Shown piece after piece: positions 48,135-56,992 of a stretch of 64,000 bases of DNA. The notes beneath the pieces were generated by a model, which saw only the letters and a list, made by a program, of their open reading frames with translations, was not told the origin of the DNA and ran no database searches. The DNA comes from an uncultured Solirubrobacteraceae bacterium (lineage in GTDB: Bacteria; Actinomycetota; Thermoleophilia; Solirubrobacterales; Solirubrobacteraceae). The stretch spans positions 14,672 to 78,671 of the forward strand of contig CAVPEY010000007.1 in the NCBI GenBank assembly GCA_963703625.1, read 5' to 3'. The position numbers and the translations under genes are program-made. Within the stretch, counting starts at the first letter, position 1. Every line of letters begins with the position of its first letter.

Positions 48135-48502
48135 AGCTTGTCCCCCGCACAACTACGCTCGCACTGATCCTCCTCGCCACGTCCGCCACGCTGGCGGGCG
48201 CTTCGAGCAGCCTGTCGGGCGAATACGTGACGACCGTCAAGACCGCCGGGAGCCTCAACGGCACCTACCGCATCGCCTTCAGCCCCGGCCACTTCATCCT
48301 GCACGCGCCCTACGACATCACCGGCCACGGGACCTACTCGATCTCCGGCTCGAAGATCACGATGCACGGCCCGTCTGCGACCTGCACGGCGTCGGGCACC
48401 TACGAATTCAAGATCTCCGGCAGCTACCTGTCGTTCAAGAAGATCCACGACCCATGCCAGCGCTCGGAGATCCTGACGCCGCACGCGCTGAAGCGAACCT
48501 GA
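48131..48502 (+). CDS. small secreted beta-barrel-like protein with two Cys
   Basis: GGAGG RBS, ATGA overlap, signal peptide, C...GTY.F......L.F....DPC..R. Confidence 0.8.
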   Translation: MKLVPRTTTLALILLATSATLAGASSSLSGEYVTTVKTAGSLNGTYRIAFSPGHFILHAPYDITGHGTYSISGSKITMHGPSATCTASGTYEFKISGSYLSFKKIHDPCQRSEILTPHALKRT

Positions 48503-48529
48503 CGTCGTAACCGCCCGCGCATCCGAAGC

Positions 48530-49399
48530 TCAGGCGAGGACGCGCGCGCGAGCGAGGTGCGAGCCGGGGCTTGGGTGCAGCCCGTCGCTGCGCGTCGCGC
48601 AGTAGCGCGCGCCGAGCTGCTCGGGGCCCAGGTTCTCGATGATCTCGAGCCCCGTTCCCTGCAACTGCTGTTGCAGGCGCGGCGGGTCGAACCCCGAGAC
48701 CCACGGCTCGCCGAGTGCCGCGACCTCGGCGCGCGCCTTCTGCATCGGGTCCTCCGCGTCGCCGGACTCGAGCAGGCTTTGGTCGAGGTAGCTGAAAACG
48801 ACCTCGCTGCCGGCCGGAGCGCAGGACGCGATCGCGGTGAGCGTGCCGAGGTTGGCCTCACGGGTGAGATAGCCGGTCACGCCGAGCCACGAGAAGAACG
48901 AGGGAAGCTCGCGGCGAAACGGCGAGCCGGCCAGGGCGTCGTCCAGCCGTGTCTCGCTGAGATCGGCGGACACCAGGTGCAGGCCGGCCGGCAGCGCAAT
49001 CCCGGAGGCGGCGAGCCGGTCGATCTTCAGCTCCTGGGTGCTGGGGTGGTCCACCTCGAAGATCTCGAGCTCGTGCGCGAACGGCGGGCGGCGCAGCGCG
49101 AAGCTGTCCATGCCGGCGCCGACGATCACGTATTGGCGGACCCCATCGCGCACGGCCTCGGCGAGACGATCCTCGGTGTAGCGGGCGCGCAGGATCACCG
49201 TCCCGTAGGAGGGGTGCGCGCGCAGGATCGCGTCCAGGTCGGGCGCCCCGGCACGCGTCTGCACCGCCTCACGCTCGCCGGCGAAGCCAAGGCGATCGCC
49301 CCACGGGTCCTCGATCAGCGCAGGACTGTCAAGACGCGTGTGAACCGCTCGCATCAGCGCCGTCCCGATCGCCGTCGTGCTCGCGCGCCCCGCGTCCAC
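48530..49399 (-). CDS. SAM-dependent methyltransferase (LCM/YktD-like family)
   Basis: TAIGTALMRA.H, QYVIVGAGMDSFA, FEVDHP, WLGVTGYL. Confidence 0.9.
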   Translation of the reverse strand: MDAGRASTTAIGTALMRAVHTRLDSPALIEDPWGDRLGFAGEREAVQTRAGAPDLDAILRAHPSYGTVILRARYTEDRLAEAVRDGVRQYVIVGAGMDSFALRRPPFAHELEIFEVDHPSTQELKIDRLAASGIALPAGLHLVSADLSETRLDDALAGSPFRRELPSFFSWLGVTGYLTREANLGTLTAIASCAPAGSEVVFSYLDQSLLESGDAEDPMQKARAEVAALGEPWVSGFDPPRLQQQLQGTGLEIIENLGPEQLGARYCATRSDGLHPSPGSHLARARVLA

Positions 49400-49519
49400 C
49401 GCGCAATTCTCCCACAAGCTCGAAAGGCCGGCTCCTTGGTCGAAATGTCCAAGCAGGGCGCGATCAGATTGGCCAGCGGGCCCTGTCGGGCTCGCGACGA
49501 CGGGCTCATACTTGCAGCC

Positions 49520-49819
49520 ATGTCCGAGGATCCCGAGATCATCGGCGGGCCCACCCCGATCCCCGTCCCGCGCGAGGGCGACCTGTACCGCTGGAAGGTC
49601 CAGAACGGGCGCGCCGAACAGCACGTCTACGTGCAGATCGCCGGTTCGCTGGTGCCTGAGAAGTTCGACGAGCCGCTGCGCTCGGGAATCGAGTCGAAGG
49701 GCAAGTCGGTGCTCGTCAAGCTGCTCGAGCGTGGCAACGTGCCGACGCGGATCAAGATCACCTCGGCGGGGATCACGGAAGTCGGCACGGACCGCCGCTC
49801 CCGTCCCTGCTCGGTGTAG
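49520..49819 (+). CDS. hypothetical protein
   Basis: 99 aa with GC-typical codons. CATACT -10 box 7 nt upstream. Confidence 0.6.
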   Translation: MSEDPEIIGGPTPIPVPREGDLYRWKVQNGRAEQHVYVQIAGSLVPEKFDEPLRSGIESKGKSVLVKLLERGNVPTRIKITSAGITEVGTDRRSRPCSV

Positions 49820-49825
49820 GGTCGC

Positions 49826-51058
49826 TCAGCCGGCCGCGGCGCGCACGAAGCGCTCGGTGACGGCGAACGCGCGCTGCATCGTGCCCCAGTCGAGGTTCTC
49901 CGGCGTGTCGCTCGGCCAGTGGTAGTTGGCCGGAAACTTGGTCTCATCGATCGAAGCCAGCGTTGCGGCGGCGTAGCCGCGCCGCAACGCGACGAGCGCG
50001 TCGGTGGCGGCGACGGTCCGCAGCCCGCGCACGAGCTCGACCTCGAGCGCCGCGGCCGCATCGGCCAGTCGCCGGCGAGCGCTGTCGCTGTAGGGGCGCA
50101 TCCGCAACATGCCCTCGGCCTCGACCAGCGTCAACGTCGGGCTGCCCACGCACTCGAGGCACAGCACCGTCGTGCGGTCAGGGTCGAGCGCGCCGCGATG
50201 GCGGCGCATGAAGCCCTGCATGCCCTCCATGAACGACTCCTCCGAGCCGGTCGACAGCAGCAGCACGCGCACGCCGGGCGGCGGGCGTTCAGACAGCGCG
50301 CGGCTCAACGCGACGAGCACGGCGACCGCGCTGAGGTTGTCGTTCGCGCCGGGCACGACCGCGCTTGCGCCGATGTCGAGCATCGCGGCCGCGGCGCAGC
50401 CCGCCAGCAGCGAACCCGCCCGCACGAGGCCCGCGCGCCCGAGCAGCGACCCGAGCGCCACGAACACAGGGCCGAGCCACGTGGCGTACATGATCGGCAC
50501 GGTCTGCTGCGCCCGCTCGTGCTGCGCAGGAAAGCGCTCGGCGAACAGTCGCGGTAGCGCCGGGTGGAAGACCAGCCCGCTGTGGGCCGCGTCGTGATGC
50601 GCGACCACCACGATCGTCTCGTGTGCGTCTGGGTCGCCGGCCTCCGCAACGACGTTGAACGTGTCGCGCTGCGGCAGCGCCGCGCGCCGGAACCACAGGC
50701 GTCCGCCGCCGACGTCGTCCCAGATCGCCGCGGCGGCGCCGGCCCCGACCGCCGCCGCGAGCAGCCGCACCGGTCGCGAGCGCCGCTGGCGGCGCACGGT
50801 CAGACCGGCGAGCACGGCGGCGCCGTTGAGCAGGCCGAGCGGCCACCAGTAGCCGCCGTGGGCGCGCTCGACCTCGACCCGCGTGGGGTGGCCGTGCTCG
50901 CGCATCCGCGAAGCGATCCACTCGGCTGCCCGGCACTCGCCCTCGGAAGCCGACGGTCGCTCGATCGCCGCGAGCCGATCGACGACAGCGTGCAGCTCGT
51001 CCGCGAGCCATGCAGGCTGCGCCGACTCGAAGGCGGTGTCGGCGGCGGTCGCGCTCAT
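49826..51058 (-). CDS. M28 family metallopeptidase with membrane segments
   Basis: AHHD, GANDNLSAV, GSEE, CLECVG, YHWPSD. Confidence 0.9.
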   Translation of the reverse strand: MSATAADTAFESAQPAWLADELHAVVDRLAAIERPSASEGECRAAEWIASRMREHGHPTRVEVERAHGGYWWPLGLLNGAAVLAGLTVRRQRRSRPVRLLAAAVGAGAAAAIWDDVGGGRLWFRRAALPQRDTFNVVAEAGDPDAHETIVVVAHHDAAHSGLVFHPALPRLFAERFPAQHERAQQTVPIMYATWLGPVFVALGSLLGRAGLVRAGSLLAGCAAAAMLDIGASAVVPGANDNLSAVAVLVALSRALSERPPPGVRVLLLSTGSEESFMEGMQGFMRRHRGALDPDRTTVLCLECVGSPTLTLVEAEGMLRMRPYSDSARRRLADAAAALEVELVRGLRTVAATDALVALRRGYAAATLASIDETKFPANYHWPSDTPENLDWGTMQRAFAVTERFVRAAAG

Positions 51059-51131
51059 ACGCAGACGCTAGCCCAGGTGGCGGTCTGGCGCGAATCAAGC
51101 CGCCGGCGCCCGGCGCCGATGAGGCAGGGCG

Positions 51132-51989
51132 ATGATGCGACTGCGGTCCTTCGTGTGCGTGGCCGGTGTCGTGGCGCTGCTGGTCGGCGCCAGCGACGCA
51201 GCTGCCCGCACGCACCGGCGCGCCGAGCCTCCTACGGTCGGCCACGCCGCGATCATCGGCGGCGCACCTGCCGCCGACGCGGCGTTCCCGTGGCTCGCGG
51301 AGATGATCGACGTAAGGGGAAACGAGGCGGTCGAGTGCACCGGGAGCGTCGTCGCTCCGCGGCTGATCCTGACGGCCGGCCACTGCGTCGAGAACCTGCG
51401 CACCGGCGCTGCATATCCGGCATCCGGCTTCAGCGTCATGACGTTCACGCAGTCCCCGACGGGCGGCGAACGTCAGGTCTCGACGGTGTCGGGCGTGATC
51501 CCCTATGAAGGCTTCAAACGCAGGGTTGACACCGGCGACGCGGCGCTGCTGGCACTGTCGGCGCCGGTGCGCGCTCCGGCGATCACGCTCGCCACGAGCG
51601 CCGACGCCGGTGAGCTGCAGGCGGGGACCACGGCGACGATCGTGGGATGGGGGAAGACCCGCTTCACCGAGCGCGAACCCAGTCGCACACTGCGTGCCGC
51701 CGGCACCGTCGTGCAGGCGAGCACCTGGTGCGTACGCACAGCACCGCCGTTCTTCGTCACCGGCGAGCTGTGCGCCCTGGACGCGCCGAGCTACACGACC
51801 GGGGGCTGTAACGGTGACAGCGGCGGTCCGCTGCTGATCGCCGGCGCGAACGGGGTGCCGGTCGACGTCGGCATCGCGGTCCACGTCTACGGGCGCTGCT
51901 CGACGCGGCGCCCGACGGTGTTCACGCGCATCGACGCGATCGCGCCCTGGCTCGACAGCTGGATCGCGGCATACGCAGCGCCCGTCTAG
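51132..51989 (+). CDS. secreted trypsin-like (S1) serine protease
   Basis: Signal peptide, IIGG, LTAGHC, DAALL, GDSGGP. Confidence 0.95.
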   Translation: MMRLRSFVCVAGVVALLVGASDAAARTHRRAEPPTVGHAAIIGGAPAADAAFPWLAEMIDVRGNEAVECTGSVVAPRLILTAGHCVENLRTGAAYPASGFSVMTFTQSPTGGERQVSTVSGVIPYEGFKRRVDTGDAALLALSAPVRAPAITLATSADAGELQAGTTATIVGWGKTRFTEREPSRTLRAAGTVVQASTWCVRTAPPFFVTGELCALDAPSYTTGGCNGDSGGPLLIAGANGVPVDVGIAVHVYGRCSTRRPTVFTRIDAIAPWLDSWIAAYAAPV

Positions 51990-51999
51990 GCTTCAACCC

Positions 52000-52812
52000 G
52001 TGAGCGTGACCGCACGCGCCGGGGGCATGGCGTATCGGGAGGCCGGGGAGCGGACGGCGCCGGCGGTGCTGCTCGTCCACGGCTACCCTGAGAGCTCGTA
52101 CATGTGGCATCGGGCGCTGCCTGCACTCGCAGACGCGGGCTGGCGCGCGCTCGCGCCCGACCTGCCCGGATACGGCGACTCCGAGCCCGGCGCGGAGCCG
52201 GGCTCGTGGGAGGCGCACGTGCAGGCACTCGAGCGCTTCGTCGGTGAGCTGCAGCCGGGACCGGTCGCGCTCGTGACGCACGACTGGGGCGTGATGATCG
52301 GCCTGCGCTGGGCGTGCGATCACCCGGGCGCGGCCAGCGCGCTGGTGATCTCCGACGGCGGCTTCTTCTCCGACCGCCGCTGGCACGAGGTGGCGAACGT
52401 GATGCGCACGCCCGGCGACGGCGAGCGGCTGATCGAGGGCTACACGCGCGATGGCTTCGCCGCCGCCCTCGGCGCCGTCTCCAGCGGCATCGACGAGGAG
52501 GCTGTGACGGAGTACTGGAAGGCGTTCGCCGACGACGAACGCCGCCGCCGGCAGCTCGAGCTCTACCGCTCCGGGGACTTCGACAAGCTCGTACCGTACG
52601 AGGGTCGTCTCGCTGCGCTGGAGCTGCCCGCGCTGATCCTGTGGGGCCAGGGCGACCGCTTCGCGGGAGTCCAGATGGCACAACGCTTCCACGTCGAGCT
52701 CCCCGGCTCGGAGCTCGACGTGATCGAGGATGCCGGGCATTTCGTCTGGGACGACGAGCCCGAGCGCAGCAACGCCGCGCTCGTGGACTTCCTGCGCCGC
52801 CGCGTCGCCTGA
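52000..52812 (+). CDS. alpha/beta hydrolase (haloalkane dehalogenase/epoxide hydrolase-like)
   Basis: HGYPESSYMW, PDLPGYG.S, HDWG (Asp nucleophile), AGHF. Confidence 0.9.
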   Translation: MSVTARAGGMAYREAGERTAPAVLLVHGYPESSYMWHRALPALADAGWRALAPDLPGYGDSEPGAEPGSWEAHVQALERFVGELQPGPVALVTHDWGVMIGLRWACDHPGAASALVISDGGFFSDRRWHEVANVMRTPGDGERLIEGYTRDGFAAALGAVSSGIDEEAVTEYWKAFADDERRRRQLELYRSGDFDKLVPYEGRLAALELPALILWGQGDRFAGVQMAQRFHVELPGSELDVIEDAGHFVWDDEPERSNAALVDFLRRRVA

Positions 52813-52822
52813 GCCGCCGCGC

Positions 52823-54127
52823 TCACTCGATGTGGATCGTCGGCTCGGTCGCCGACAGCTGGTCGGGGAGGTTGATGTCCACGCCCGGCGGCGGGTCCAC
52901 GTGGCCCGCCAGCAGCGGGTCCTCGGTATCGCGCATCCACGCCTCGAGGCGGGCCCGCAGGTCGGCGAGCACCGCCGCGTAGGCGGGGTCCTCGAGCACG
53001 TTGTTCGCCTCGTTGGGGTCGAACACGAGGTCGTACAGCTGTTCTTTGGGGATCACCCGCTCGCCCCAACCGCCGCGCAGCAGCAGGTCCTTGCTGGGCC
53101 CGTCGTCGGTGTTCGGCAGCACCGGCGTCAGCCGCTCGCCCCAGCGGCGGATGTACTTGTGTCGAGCCGTGCGGACCGCACGCTGGGGCTCATATGCGGC
53201 ATGCCACGTCGAGCCGGCGAAGACCTCCTCGCGCGCGCTCGTCGTGTGCCCGTGCAGCAGCCCCAGCAACGAGACGCCCTGCAGGAACGGCGGGCGCTCG
53301 ATCTCCAGGTACTCGCACACGGTCGGGTAGATGTCGATGTGGGAGACGAGCGCGTCGATCACGCGACCGCCGTTGAACGGCTCGGGGCCGCGCAGCACCA
53401 GCATCACCCCGAGACCGCGGTCATACAGCGTCGCCTTGGCGCCGGGGAACGGCATCCCGTGGTCGGTGGTGAAGATGACCAGCGTGTCGTCCATCAGCCC
53501 CGACGCGTCGAGCTGGTTGAGCACCATGCCGACGCCGTGGTCGAGGGAGCGCGCGCTCGCCTTGAAGGCGGCCACGTCGGCACGCACCTCGGGCGTGTCG
53601 GGGAGGTTGTTCGGCGGCTTCGAGTAGTGCACGTCGCGCAGCGAGCCCGGGCCGAGGAATTCCCTGTGCGTCTCGAAGAAGCCGACCGACAGGAACAGCG
53701 GGCGATCGCGCGGGCGGCGCAGCACCTCCATCGCCAGCGGCGCCACCGTCTCGACGCGGGTCGTGGGGATCTTCAGCACCTCGTCGTAGCCGATCACCCC
53801 GGGCTCCTTGGAGATGTGCTGCTCGCCGATCAGCGTCGAGGTGTAGCCGGCTTTGCGCAGCGTGTGCACGATGTGGTGGCGGTAGTCGCGCAGCGACCAG
53901 CCACGGTGGGCGAGGCCGAGCATCCCGTTGCTCTGGCCGTACTGCCCCGTCAGCAGGCACGCGCGGCTGGCCGAGCACGTCGGCGCGGCGCAGAACGCCT
54001 CGCGAAACAGCACGCCCTGGTCGGCCAGCGCCTGCACGTTCGGCATCGGCACGGGCTCGCCGTAGGGCTGCACATAGCGGCCGGTGTCGTGCGAGTGCAA
54101 GTAGAGGATGTTCGGGCGGTCGGTCAC
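52823..54127 (-). CDS. formylglycine-type sulfatase
   Basis: RPNIL...HD, CSASRACLLTG, TTDHG, ELYDL-like QLYDL..DPNE. No signal peptide. Confidence 0.93.
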   Translation of the reverse strand: MTDRPNILYLHSHDTGRYVQPYGEPVPMPNVQALADQGVLFREAFCAAPTCSASRACLLTGQYGQSNGMLGLAHRGWSLRDYRHHIVHTLRKAGYTSTLIGEQHISKEPGVIGYDEVLKIPTTRVETVAPLAMEVLRRPRDRPLFLSVGFFETHREFLGPGSLRDVHYSKPPNNLPDTPEVRADVAAFKASARSLDHGVGMVLNQLDASGLMDDTLVIFTTDHGMPFPGAKATLYDRGLGVMLVLRGPEPFNGGRVIDALVSHIDIYPTVCEYLEIERPPFLQGVSLLGLLHGHTTSAREEVFAGSTWHAAYEPQRAVRTARHKYIRRWGERLTPVLPNTDDGPSKDLLLRGGWGERVIPKEQLYDLVFDPNEANNVLEDPAYAAVLADLRARLEAWMRDTEDPLLAGHVDPPPGVDINLPDQLSATEPTIHIE

Positions 54128-54209
54128 GGTCAGAGGCTCTTGGAAGTGCCCTACCGGCAGTTCACGGGGTATTGTTCACCAAGCCAGTGTTCTTGTCCTG
54201 GTCACCGCG

Positions 54210-55046
54210 ATGACGCCGATGCTCTCCTACCTCGTGTGCGCGACACCGCGAAGCGGCAGCACTCTACTTTGCCAGGCGCTCACTCAGACCGGAGTCGCCG
54301 GTCAGCCCGAGGAGTACTTCGAGGCGCTGGCGCGTTCAGGCCTCCCGCGACGTCCGCACGAGTATTTCGACCCGGACCGCCACGCCAACATCGTCGAACG
54401 ACTCGCCTTTCGCGAGATGCCCGACGGCGTCGCCAGGCCCAACCCGCTGTGGCACCCGGAGACCTACGACCAGTACCTCGCGTGGGCGCTCGAGGAGGGC
54501 ACCAGCCCCAACGGCGTGTTCGGCGCGAAGATCATGTGGGGGTACCTGGGGGACTTCGCCGAGCTGCTGCGCGGCGTCGAAGGGATGGCCGGCCGGCCGC
54601 TGCCGGAGCTGCTGGCGCGGGCGTTTCCCGGCCTGCGCTACATCCAGATCACGCGCGAGAACAAGATCCGCCAGGCGGTGTCGCTGTGGAAGGCAGTGCA
54701 GACGCAGGCGTGGAAGGCCGGGGACGAGGTCGAGCGCTCGGTCGAGCTGGTGTTCTCGTTCCGCGCGATCAACTACCTCGTGCGGCTCCTGACCGCGCAC
54801 GACGCCTCCTGGGACGCGTACTTCCTCGGTCTCGGCGCCGAGCCGTTGAAGCTCACCTACGAGGAGCTCGCCGAGAGCACCGACGCGGTCATCCGCCGGG
54901 TGCTTGCGCACCTCGGCATCCCGGCCCCCGCCGAGCTCAGCGTCGGCAGGCCAAAGCTGTCGGTCCAAGCCGACGAGATCTCAGAGGTTTGGGTCAGGCG
55001 GGTGGACGCGCACCTGCGCGCGCTCGAGGCGCCCGAGCCGGCGTGA
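54210..55046 (+). CDS. stf0: Stf0 family (trehalose-2-) sulfotransferase
   Basis: SYLVCATPRSGSTLLC (5'-PSB loop), PEEYF, NGVFGAKIMW, RQAVSLWKAVQTQAW. Confidence 0.9.
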   Translation: MTPMLSYLVCATPRSGSTLLCQALTQTGVAGQPEEYFEALARSGLPRRPHEYFDPDRHANIVERLAFREMPDGVARPNPLWHPETYDQYLAWALEEGTSPNGVFGAKIMWGYLGDFAELLRGVEGMAGRPLPELLARAFPGLRYIQITRENKIRQAVSLWKAVQTQAWKAGDEVERSVELVFSFRAINYLVRLLTAHDASWDAYFLGLGAEPLKLTYEELAESTDAVIRRVLAHLGIPAPAELSVGRPKLSVQADEISEVWVRRVDAHLRALEAPEPA

Positions 55047-55058
55047 GCGCGGCGCTGC

Positions 55059-55313
55059 TCAGAGCTGCGGCTCGGCGCGTTCGACCGCCTCGGCGAGCGA
55101 CGCCAGGCTGACGTCCAGGGCGAGCGCGATGCGCCTGACGGTCGTCCACGTGGGGTTGGCGTGCCCGCGCTCGATGCGTGCGAAAGCGGCCACCGTCAGG
55201 CCGGCGCTGTGCGCCAGGTCCTCCTGCGTGTCACCGCGCGCGACGCGCATGCTCCGCACAGTGCTCGCGAGCGCGAGATCTGGCTGGCTGGGCGCCGACA
55301 CAATCAGAAACAT
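55059..55313 (-). CDS. XRE family HTH regulator
   Basis: TQEDLAHSAGLT...ARIERGHANPTWTTVRRIA.AL. Confidence 0.88.
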   Translation of the reverse strand: MFLIVSAPSQPDLALASTVRSMRVARGDTQEDLAHSAGLTVAAFARIERGHANPTWTTVRRIALALDVSLASLAEAVERAEPQL

Positions 55314-55444
55314 CGCACGTCGCGAGTAGCAAGATCCAGACAGCGAACTGCTGGTATCCCGCTGCCGCGACGCCGTCCCCGGGACGGCGTCAGCCTCGTT
55401 CGGCACGGCGCACTGCGCGCCCGTGCCCGCCGCGTCGCGCGTGG

Positions 55445-55873
55445 CTAGCGGACGCTCGGGAGCCGGTACTTGCGCGTCCTCGAGGAGCGCTCCAGCAACC
55501 CGAGCTCGACAAGCGTCGACGCATACCGGTGTGCGGTGCTCGGGCTCATCCCCAGCTCGCGCGAGAGCTCGACGATCCCGCGCTCGGACCCGTCGAGGCC
55601 GAAACGCGTGAGCAGCGACAGGCCGCGCATCAGCGATCGCGACATGCGCGGGTCGGCTTCGTCGTCGTAGGCCAGATCTCCAGCCGGAGGGTCTCCATCG
55701 TCGCCGTCCACGCTGTCGACGCCCCGGAGCTCGGCTCCGCCGGGCGCTCTCAGCGCGTTGCCAATCAGGGTCGAGACGCTCGGCGCGCGGCTGTGCGTGG
55801 CGGCGCGCACGACCGCATCGACCTGGGCGGGGGAGAGGGCGATCGAGATTGAGTTCGGCTCGTCATCGGTCAT
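55445..55873 (-). CDS. protein with a C-terminal IclR-type HTH and no effector domain
   Basis: SRSLMRGLSLL...GIVELSRELGMSPSTAHRYASTLVELGLLE...KYRL at the C-terminus. Confidence 0.8.
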   Translation of the reverse strand: MTDDEPNSISIALSPAQVDAVVRAATHSRAPSVSTLIGNALRAPGGAELRGVDSVDGDDGDPPAGDLAYDDEADPRMSRSLMRGLSLLTRFGLDGSERGIVELSRELGMSPSTAHRYASTLVELGLLERSSRTRKYRLPSVR

Positions 55874-55967
55874 GCCGTGCAGGCTCGCATATTCAGACGA
55901 TCGTCTGCAAGCGATGTTTCTCAGTCGATCCGCCCCCAAAACTGCTTGTGCGTGCAATCATTGCTGC

Positions 55968-56900
55968 ATGAGCAAAATCTCGGTCACGCACTTCACCGAT
56001 CCCGGCTGTCCATTCGCCTACTCCGCGAGCCCCGCGCTGGCGGTCCTGCGCTGGCGCTACGGCGACCAGCTCGACTGGCGCCTCGTCACGATCGGCCTCG
56101 CGGAGGACCCGCAGCGTTATCTCGACGCCGGCTACACGCCGACGCGGTCGACGATCGGCCAGCAGAGCTACTTCAAGCGCTTCGGCATGCCGCTGTTGAT
56201 GGAACCGCGCGCCCGCGTCACGGCCACATCGCGCGCCTGCCGCGCGATCGTCGCCACGCGCAGGCTGTACCCCGGGCGCGAGGACGAAGTCCTGCGCGCG
56301 CTGCAGCTCGCGTGGTTCACGACGCCGCTGCTGCTCGACGAGGACGCCGACATCGCACAGGCGCTCGCGCGGGTCGACGGGCTCGACGTCGACGGCGTCG
56401 TCGCGGCGATCGAGGACCCCGAGACGCTGATGGCGTACGAGGACGACAAGGAACAGACCCGCAGCGCCGAGGGCGGTCCGACCGACTTCCAGGGCAAGGC
56501 GCGGCAGACCGACGGCCCGGTGCGCTACTCGGCGCCCTCGCTCGTCTTCCACAACGAGGCCGGGCTGCGTCTCGAGGCCGGCGGCTTTCAGACGATCGAG
56601 GCGTACGACGTGGTGATCGCGAACCTCGACCCGACGCTCGAGCGCCAGGCGCCCCCGGAGGACGCGATCGACGCGCTGCGAGCCTTCCCCGACGGGCTCG
56701 TGACCGCCGAGGTCGCAGCGATCCTCGCCCAGAACAACCAGCTCCCTGACCGTGACGCCGCCGAGCGCGCGCTGATCGAGCTGGCCGGGGCCGGGGCCGT
56801 CCGCCGTCAGGCGCTCGCCGACGACGCGCTCTGGCAGCTCGCCCCAGTCGCAAGTCGCAGCGTCGAACCGGCGCTGCACGCCGCGCCGCGGGCCGTATAA
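55968..56900 (+). CDS. DsbA/FrnE-like thioredoxin-fold protein (monothiol)
   Basis: HFTDPGCPFAYSA, YSAPSLVF, and a C-terminal winged-helix-like segment. Confidence 0.8.
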   Translation: MSKISVTHFTDPGCPFAYSASPALAVLRWRYGDQLDWRLVTIGLAEDPQRYLDAGYTPTRSTIGQQSYFKRFGMPLLMEPRARVTATSRACRAIVATRRLYPGREDEVLRALQLAWFTTPLLLDEDADIAQALARVDGLDVDGVVAAIEDPETLMAYEDDKEQTRSAEGGPTDFQGKARQTDGPVRYSAPSLVFHNEAGLRLEAGGFQTIEAYDVVIANLDPTLERQAPPEDAIDALRAFPDGLVTAEVAAILAQNNQLPDRDAAERALIELAGAGAVRRQALADDALWQLAPVASRSVEPALHAAPRAV

Positions 56901-56992
56901 CCATCGCTATACGGCGCTCGTCGCGCGGAGCGACAGGCAGGACCGCCCGGCGACGAACACGCGCCGCGGCCGGGTAGCCTCCAACGCTTGAG

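Noticed and set aside
52000-52812. Definite haloalkane dehalogenase (dhaA) call
   Set aside because: HDWG and HGxP motifs are shared with epoxide hydrolases and related enzymes, so the substrate cannot be inferred.
56900-56992. T-box riboswitch upstream of thrS
   Set aside because: The intergenic region is only ~90 nt, has no T-box consensus, and has a -10-like TAGCCT close to the start.
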